Assembly: GCA_965153455.1 (NCBI GenBank)
Contig: OZ234494.1
Location: 13,018,801 to 13,038,800, forward strand
DNA: 20,000 nucleotides
Direction of reading: 5' to 3'
Origin: Sphagnum compactum
Taxonomy: Eukaryota
This document shows positions 14,544-20,000 of this stretch, in pieces. Position 1 is the stretch's first letter. The number at the start of each line of letters is the position of its first letter. Both the position numbers and the translations under genes were made by a program. The notes under the pieces were generated by a model. It saw only the letters and a program-made list of their open reading frames with translations. It made no database searches and was not told the origin of the DNA.

Positions 14544-14749
14544 CTCTTCTTCCTCTTCTTCTTCGTCAGTCCCTCCCAAATAATACCGCTCCCTTGCTCA
14601 TCAAATGTTGCAAAAATCGCCAGATTTTCCACACAAGACTTGCAGCTATTGCATTTCCTCGCAGACGCAAATCAGAAATGCACGCGATGCGAGACTACCA
14701 AACACAAGGGGAAAAAACAGGAGGAAATGGCAGAGCAGCAACAGTAGCA

Positions 14750-14890
14750 GCAACGAGAAAAGGAACGCAGTGGGGCCCTGGACTTCGTTTTATTCTTCCG
14801 CGACAAGACGACGAAGAAGACAAAACAGTGTGAGCGAGAGACCGAGACAGAGAGAGCGATGGATGGATGATGGATGGATGAGGATCATCT
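14750..14890 (-). promoter_or_regulatory. Likely core promoter / transcription start region of the RabE gene (CT-rich Y-patch on -)
   Basis: A GA-rich tract on + (gagcgagagaccgagacagagagagc, 14832-14857) reads as a CT-rich patch on -. The sequence is CpG-rich, typical of plant TSS/5'-UTR regions, and lies upstream of the putative UTR intron. Confidence 0.4.
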
Positions 14891-16800
14891 CATCCTCTTT
14901 TCATCCGCAACTCTCGTTTCGCATCCATCTTATTTTCATCCTTGTTGCAACTGTTGTTGCCACTTTTTACCACTCACCAAAAAAAGAAAAAGCTTATTTT
15001 TTCTTTTCTATTTCAGGTTACTTTGTTTTTTTCTTTTTCCTTTTTCAACTCAATTTTTCAAGCTCAGTTTTTCTTTTCATGCATGGGTTTCTTTCTTCCC
15101 TCATTAAATTCTTGCTTTGGTTGACTCTACTACATGCTGTAGTTGTAGGGGAGGTTCCCGTACAAGCGAGGGAGGGGCACCCAAGGACGTGAGCCCAAGG
15201 GTGTTCCCAAACCTCAGGAGAACGCACGAGTACAAGAACCTTGCCTTATGCAAACAACTTTCTTTTGATTTCGTCCCTTCTTTCTCATTTCGTAGAAAAG
15301 AAATATTTCCATGGGAACATGGGAACATATAAAATTGGGGAGCTCCCCAAGCATAGCGCCATAAGGTTCTTCTGCTGCGGGAGATCCCTCAAAATACACA
15401 TAGAAAATGAAAAGGGAGTTGTTTATGTTGCTTCTTTTTTTCTCTTTCTTTTTTGGTTTTGTTTATTTGTTTGGGACATTTTTAGGGGGGAGTAAAGACA
15501 ACAGATTTTATTTTATTTTTAAATTTTTAAGTAGGGTAACACCCAAGGAGTAGATTTGTTCTTTGGGGCCTTGGATAAACTTGTGGGTGAAATAGCAAAA
15601 TTTTTATTTTTAAAAATGTTTTTCCAAGATTTTTCTCAACAAAAATTTCACGAGGTAATGAAAACTCACCCAAAAAATAAAATCAGTGCTGAATCCTGAA
15701 CTAGCAGTGTTTATTATTTTCTTGTATGAATTTTTGCCGCTTGGAAACAACCCAAAAAAAACCATTGCAACTCATTCAAAGGAGTTTTGCCAAAACCAAA
15801 TGCAGCAAATTCGCCAGATTTTGAAGCAAAAAAAATCTGAAATTGTCATATTTAGACAATAGGTTGTAGCAGGCCAAAATATAGCAGGATAGCAAAAAAC
15901 AAAGCACCTATTAATTCATCATACTTAATACTTTAAGTTTGGGAAAATAATAAAAAAATAATTCTTAATTCTAAATAAAAAATATTGTAGTATGTGGGTC
16001 AGTTTGACAATCCATTATCGACTATTGATTAATTTTTTAAAACTCAATTAGTCACCCTTTTTTTATTTTTCCTAAATATTCAACGAAGGGTGAGATATTA
16101 ATTAGCAAATTGACAAAGGTGGAATATTAATTAGCTAGAATAAGTGGCGTTTTACATTTTCATGAAATTAAGAGGGGTTGATTACTCTATTTATAAAGTA
16201 GTGAAAGAGTCATTATCTTTTTCTCCCATCAAGTTCCTTATATTCTCATGTGCATATATTAAACAGTCACTTGAGTTCTTTGTGAAAATACTTAATAAAC
16301 AAAGCCCATTGAATGGGGGAAAAACCACATGAAAAAAAAAAAAAAAAAAAACCTATATTTCTTTAAAACTTTTGACACATTTACTGGATATTTATTGAAA
16401 TTTTCGAACATTTCACAAATAATTTCATTAATGTCAAACTTGCCCAAGGACTATGGTATTGTGCACATATGACAAGAAATATGAACTCAAAAAAAAAGGA
16501 CTGAAAATAATGGAACTATGAAGCAAAAACTATTCAGCATTCAAAATTTGTAAAGCTCTTGAGCAAATTTAGCCCTACCCAAACTGCACAATTTCATTTT
16601 GCGGAAGTAACAACTTCTTTCTTTTCACATCATGCAAAAATGATGTATGTTAGATATTTACGCGAGGTTTTTTTTTTTTTGTGAAAATTTTTGATATCAG
16701 AAATTTGGGGATTTTTTCAAAAAATTTGCAAAATTAGTTGAATTGTGACCAATGAGATTGTCCAAATTGAAGATGTCTTTTGGGATAGGTCGTTATAAGA

Positions 16801-17099
16801 TTGGTTCCATTTTAGGTTTATGGGTCCCAGTTTAGCCTCCCCAAGCTCCACTTGTAGTATGAATTGACTATGACGAACAATGTAGTTGTGTGAATCAAAG
16901 GTGGTGGGGGAAACATGGCTTGTGGCCGGAAAAAATTCTTGGTCGAACGAGTTGGTCGGTTGGTTCCACTTTAGGCTTATGGGTCCCACTATAGGCTCCC
17001 CAAGCTCCACTTGTAGTATGAATGGACTATGACAAACAACGTAGTTGTGTGAATCAAAGGCGGTTGGAAACAATCCTTGGTAGAAAGAGTTAGTTAGTT
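16801..17099. repeat. Tandem duplication, period 159 bp
   Basis: Copy 1 starts at 16801 and copy 2 at 16960. Both carry ttggttcca.tttagg.ttatgggtccca...ccccaagctccacttgtagtatgaat.gactatgac.aacaa.gtagttgtgtgaatcaaagg. Copy 2 lacks ~21 bp (tggcttgtggccggaaaaa region). Confidence 0.9.
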
Positions 17100-18310
17100 A
17101 CCACTTCACATCAACGGCCTATCTCACCCTTCTCGACACTTTCCAAGGTGGGGACTATGAGTTTTAGAACCCAAAAAAAAGTGAGAGGTTATATAGTTGG
17201 CAACCTTAGTTGTTGCCAGCAAAAAATAAACAAAATTTCAGAAAGTGCAGTGAACTATTATCACTAGTCAAGTGCTTGAACAAACTTTGTCCTTACGCAA
17301 AGCTAAACTCCACAGCTGGCTCCAGACGGGAAAGTAGAAGTTAGGCCAAAAAAGACAGAAGAAAAAAAATTAGGCCCAACCCCCACACACCCCCCCCCCA
17401 AACACACACATTCGGTCATTTCTCACATCATAGTCTCTGTACATCCAGAGGCGTAAAACAGCCAATCCTGTTATAATCCATACGTCATCCATACATCATC
17501 CACTTCGGATGGATTACTCTGTTCATCAGGACCGAGTATCCCGGCGTAGTTTCAGCGTGGAACCGCGTAGCGAGAAATGCGTAACGTCGTGTGGGATTCC
17601 AGCCAAGCCTGAGGCCAGTTGTCGGCGCCATCACATGCCGGAATCTGATACGTACCCTGGATAAGTTACCATTTACCTTACTACTTACCCGTTCACCCCC
17701 ACCCACCTTTTTTTTTAATCCCACGTTAAACTTGCGCCCTTCTATGTTCCTAGGTGAAAATTAACAGCTGATTAATTTACCTACCCCACCCAGGCTTAAG
17801 TTACACTTGGTAGGTGCACATTTTTACGTACCAAGTGTTGGTAATAATGGTAGGTAGAAATGAGGCGCCGTCTTTCAGCTTCTTCTTAAGATTAGGCTCT
17901 AGTTAATTAAGGAAGGCTGTTTGTAAAATTGGGCCTTGATTTCCCCCAAAGGGGCTACTTAAATAAAAGGTAGAGGGAAAACAAGAGTGGGGGTGGGGGC
18001 TCAAATACGAGCCCCTGATTGGTTGGTTGGAGATTATGAATATTATTATTTGTTGTACATTAGCGATGCGAGGGGATGGGGAGGTACATTACTAATTTAG
18101 GGCATTGGCCGCCATGTACCTATCATCATTTGTGTGTTGGGAGGGGGGATAGGGGGGGGGGGGGTGTACAACCTTATCCACGCCTTGGGATGCTGTACTA
18201 AAGTAGGTACTAGAGAGAGGTACTACTTCCATACGGCAATTGGCTTTTCTGGGTTCTTGCTTAAAGGAAGGAGATGCATAGGTATATATGTTTTGCCTAA
18301 TTTGTACATA

Positions 18311-18642
18311 GTATATACCCGTGTTGGGCGGTAATTTGAATTTTTTAAAGAACCACTGGCTCCGGTTCTTTACTACAATTTTCCAAAGCTAAGAACCATC
18401 ATCCATTTCAAATTTTTTGGAAAATTTTCAGAACCGATGAATGAATTGTCGGTTCCAATTGTTTGAAAAAATTTAAAGAATTGATACGGTTTTCATGATA
18501 GAGTGGGCAAAGAACTGGTGCTTTCTCTTGCCAATTCTTTGATTATTATTTTTTTTTTAAATTGAAACCCATGGTTATATATCAAGATTGGTTCTTTGAT
18601 TTTATTTTTTAATAGTGGGTATATACCAGTGTTGGGTGGGTA
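18311..18642. repeat. GAACC/GGTTC-rich dispersed repeat bounded by ~23-bp direct repeats
   Basis: gtatatacccgtgttgggcggta (18311-18333) and gtatataccagtgttgggtgggta (18619-18642). The interior has many AAGAACC and GGTTCTT motifs in both orientations. Confidence 0.55.
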
Positions 18643-18695
18643 CATGAGTTAGCAAGTTACTCAAGAGGGTTTCAATCCAATTCCAAGGAACCTAA

Positions 18696-19019
18696 GGCGC
18701 GGTTTACACGAGGGCCTGGGCCTAATTGCTCATGGGCCCAAGATTGAATGTTTTGGCCCAACAATTGAACTCAACAAAGTCATAAATTGGGCCCCCAAGG
18801 GAGGAAATTGGGTCTCCATCCCAAGAGCATTCCTTTTTATTATCTTGGGTCTAATTCTTTGGCACTATAAAGGTGTGCCATGTAGGATGACATGTCATTT
18901 TAATGATTTTAGACCCGAATCCGCATGTGAAAATCACTTGAGCCCAATTTTAAGTTCTTAACCAATAGGATTGCTCTTCCATTTTCAAATTGAACCTGGA
19001 CCCTCATGTAAACCGGGCC
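18696..19019. mobile_element. Tourist-like (PIF/Harbinger) MITE, 324 bp
   Basis: Left end GGCGCGGTTTACACGAGGG (18696-18714). The right end reverse-complemented is GGCCCGGTTTACATGAGGG (19001-19019), 17/19 identical. Flanked by TAA at 18693-18695 and 19020-19022, a 3-bp TAA TSD as in PIF/Harbinger. The interior is non-coding. Confidence 0.85.
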
Positions 19020-20000
19020 TAATTGGAATCGGGTCCTGGTTCTAGAACCAAGTGGGACCGAAACTAATTTAAGAAGGCCCGATTATGGCATTGACACACA
19101 TTGTGAGCCTTGAATAATCAATCACTTTGTGCAACCCACTTTTCCAACTTTTTTAAGTGGGGATGAGGGAGAATTAATATTGCACATTGGAAGTGCAAAA
19201 TATTAATATAGGTTAAAATAAACACTATTGCTAACGGCATGTTCTTAGAGAGGATCCACAAGTCATCAACGATTTAATTGACATTCAACAATTAATTAAT
19301 AGAAGATTTTTTCTTGGAATAAAAAATCATTTCAATGTAATTTTCACGATGCTCAAAATATATTATAGGGAGGAAGGTGATGATCTCCTTTCAACTATAG
19401 CATGGGTGAATGTAATGAATTTAAGACAAGTCTATAACGCAAAATTTGATTTTATTTTCATTAATCATTTACATTATTTAGCGTATGCAAATGATTTATT
19501 CATGAAATGTTCATGAAGTTATCATATTGTCCTAATTTTCATTCCAAAACTTTTGAAACTTTTTTTTTTTTTTTGTGCATGGAATTAAAGAGCATGTTTT
19601 CAAGTTCTTTCCTTTTTTAATTTTCTACCCACTCAAACACTTTAAGCATCCGTCTCCCCAGTCTTGGGAAGAACTTAAGAATGTGTCATTATTGATTATT
19701 GAAATGTTTTGTCTCGTGCACGATCAATTGAATTATCAAATCCTATGATCAATGTAAGATTTCATATTATATCTCTAGAAGTTACCAAAAAACATTTATT
19801 GACATTACTAGGAGTTTCATCCCATATTTTTTACCCAAATTTGTTAAGACCTTTGGAGCTAGTTGTTGGAATGTTTTGTTTATTTGGAAGGACCAAGCAT
19901 GTAAAAGTAGGCCAAAAACATATCATTTGACGATATAATTTATATAAATATAAATGTAAGAAAATAAATTCAAAAAAATTTCAATTATCAAGGTGTACTT

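Noticed and set aside
14605..15192. 195-aa + ORF and neighbouring ORFs at 14.5-15.5 kb
   Set aside because: Low-complexity translations (Arg/Ser- then Phe-rich) of the antisense RabE leader/promoter and T-rich DNA, with no protein-like features.
17515..17560. Hammerhead ribozyme-like words on - (GAAAC...GTC CTGATGA)
   Set aside because: GTC directly abuts CTGATGA, leaving no stem I. No stem II closes between CTGATGA and a GAAA, so no hammerhead topology fits.
17585..17600. USE-like ATCCCACACG on - suggesting an snRNA/Pol III promoter
   Set aside because: Imperfect match to RTCCCACATCG, no TATA box at the expected spacing, and no recognisable snRNA downstream.

Overview
Eukaryotic, intron-containing, AT-rich land-plant genomic DNA. 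The repeat and intron style suggests a bryophyte such as Sphagnum, but that is inference. The core is a convergent (tail-to-tail) gene pair: a 9-exon 26S proteasome lid subunit RPN3/PSMD3 gene on + (7348-10521, 491 aa) and an 8-coding-exon RabE/Rab8-type small GTPase gene on - (14105-11248, 218 aa). Both were assembled by hand with GT-AG introns and intact frames. The flanks are repeat-rich: an LTR-like fragment, a long stop-interrupted single-frame ORF (2038-~740, -), a ~50-bp minisatellite upstream of RPN3, a 159-bp tandem duplication, a CpG-rich island of unknown nature, and a 324-bp Tourist/PIF-Harbinger-type MITE with TAA target-site duplication. No clearly new biological system can be established. 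The best leads are the decayed ORF of unknown family, loss of three conserved arginines in this RPN3 copy, and the CpG-rich island at ~17.45-17.9 kb.
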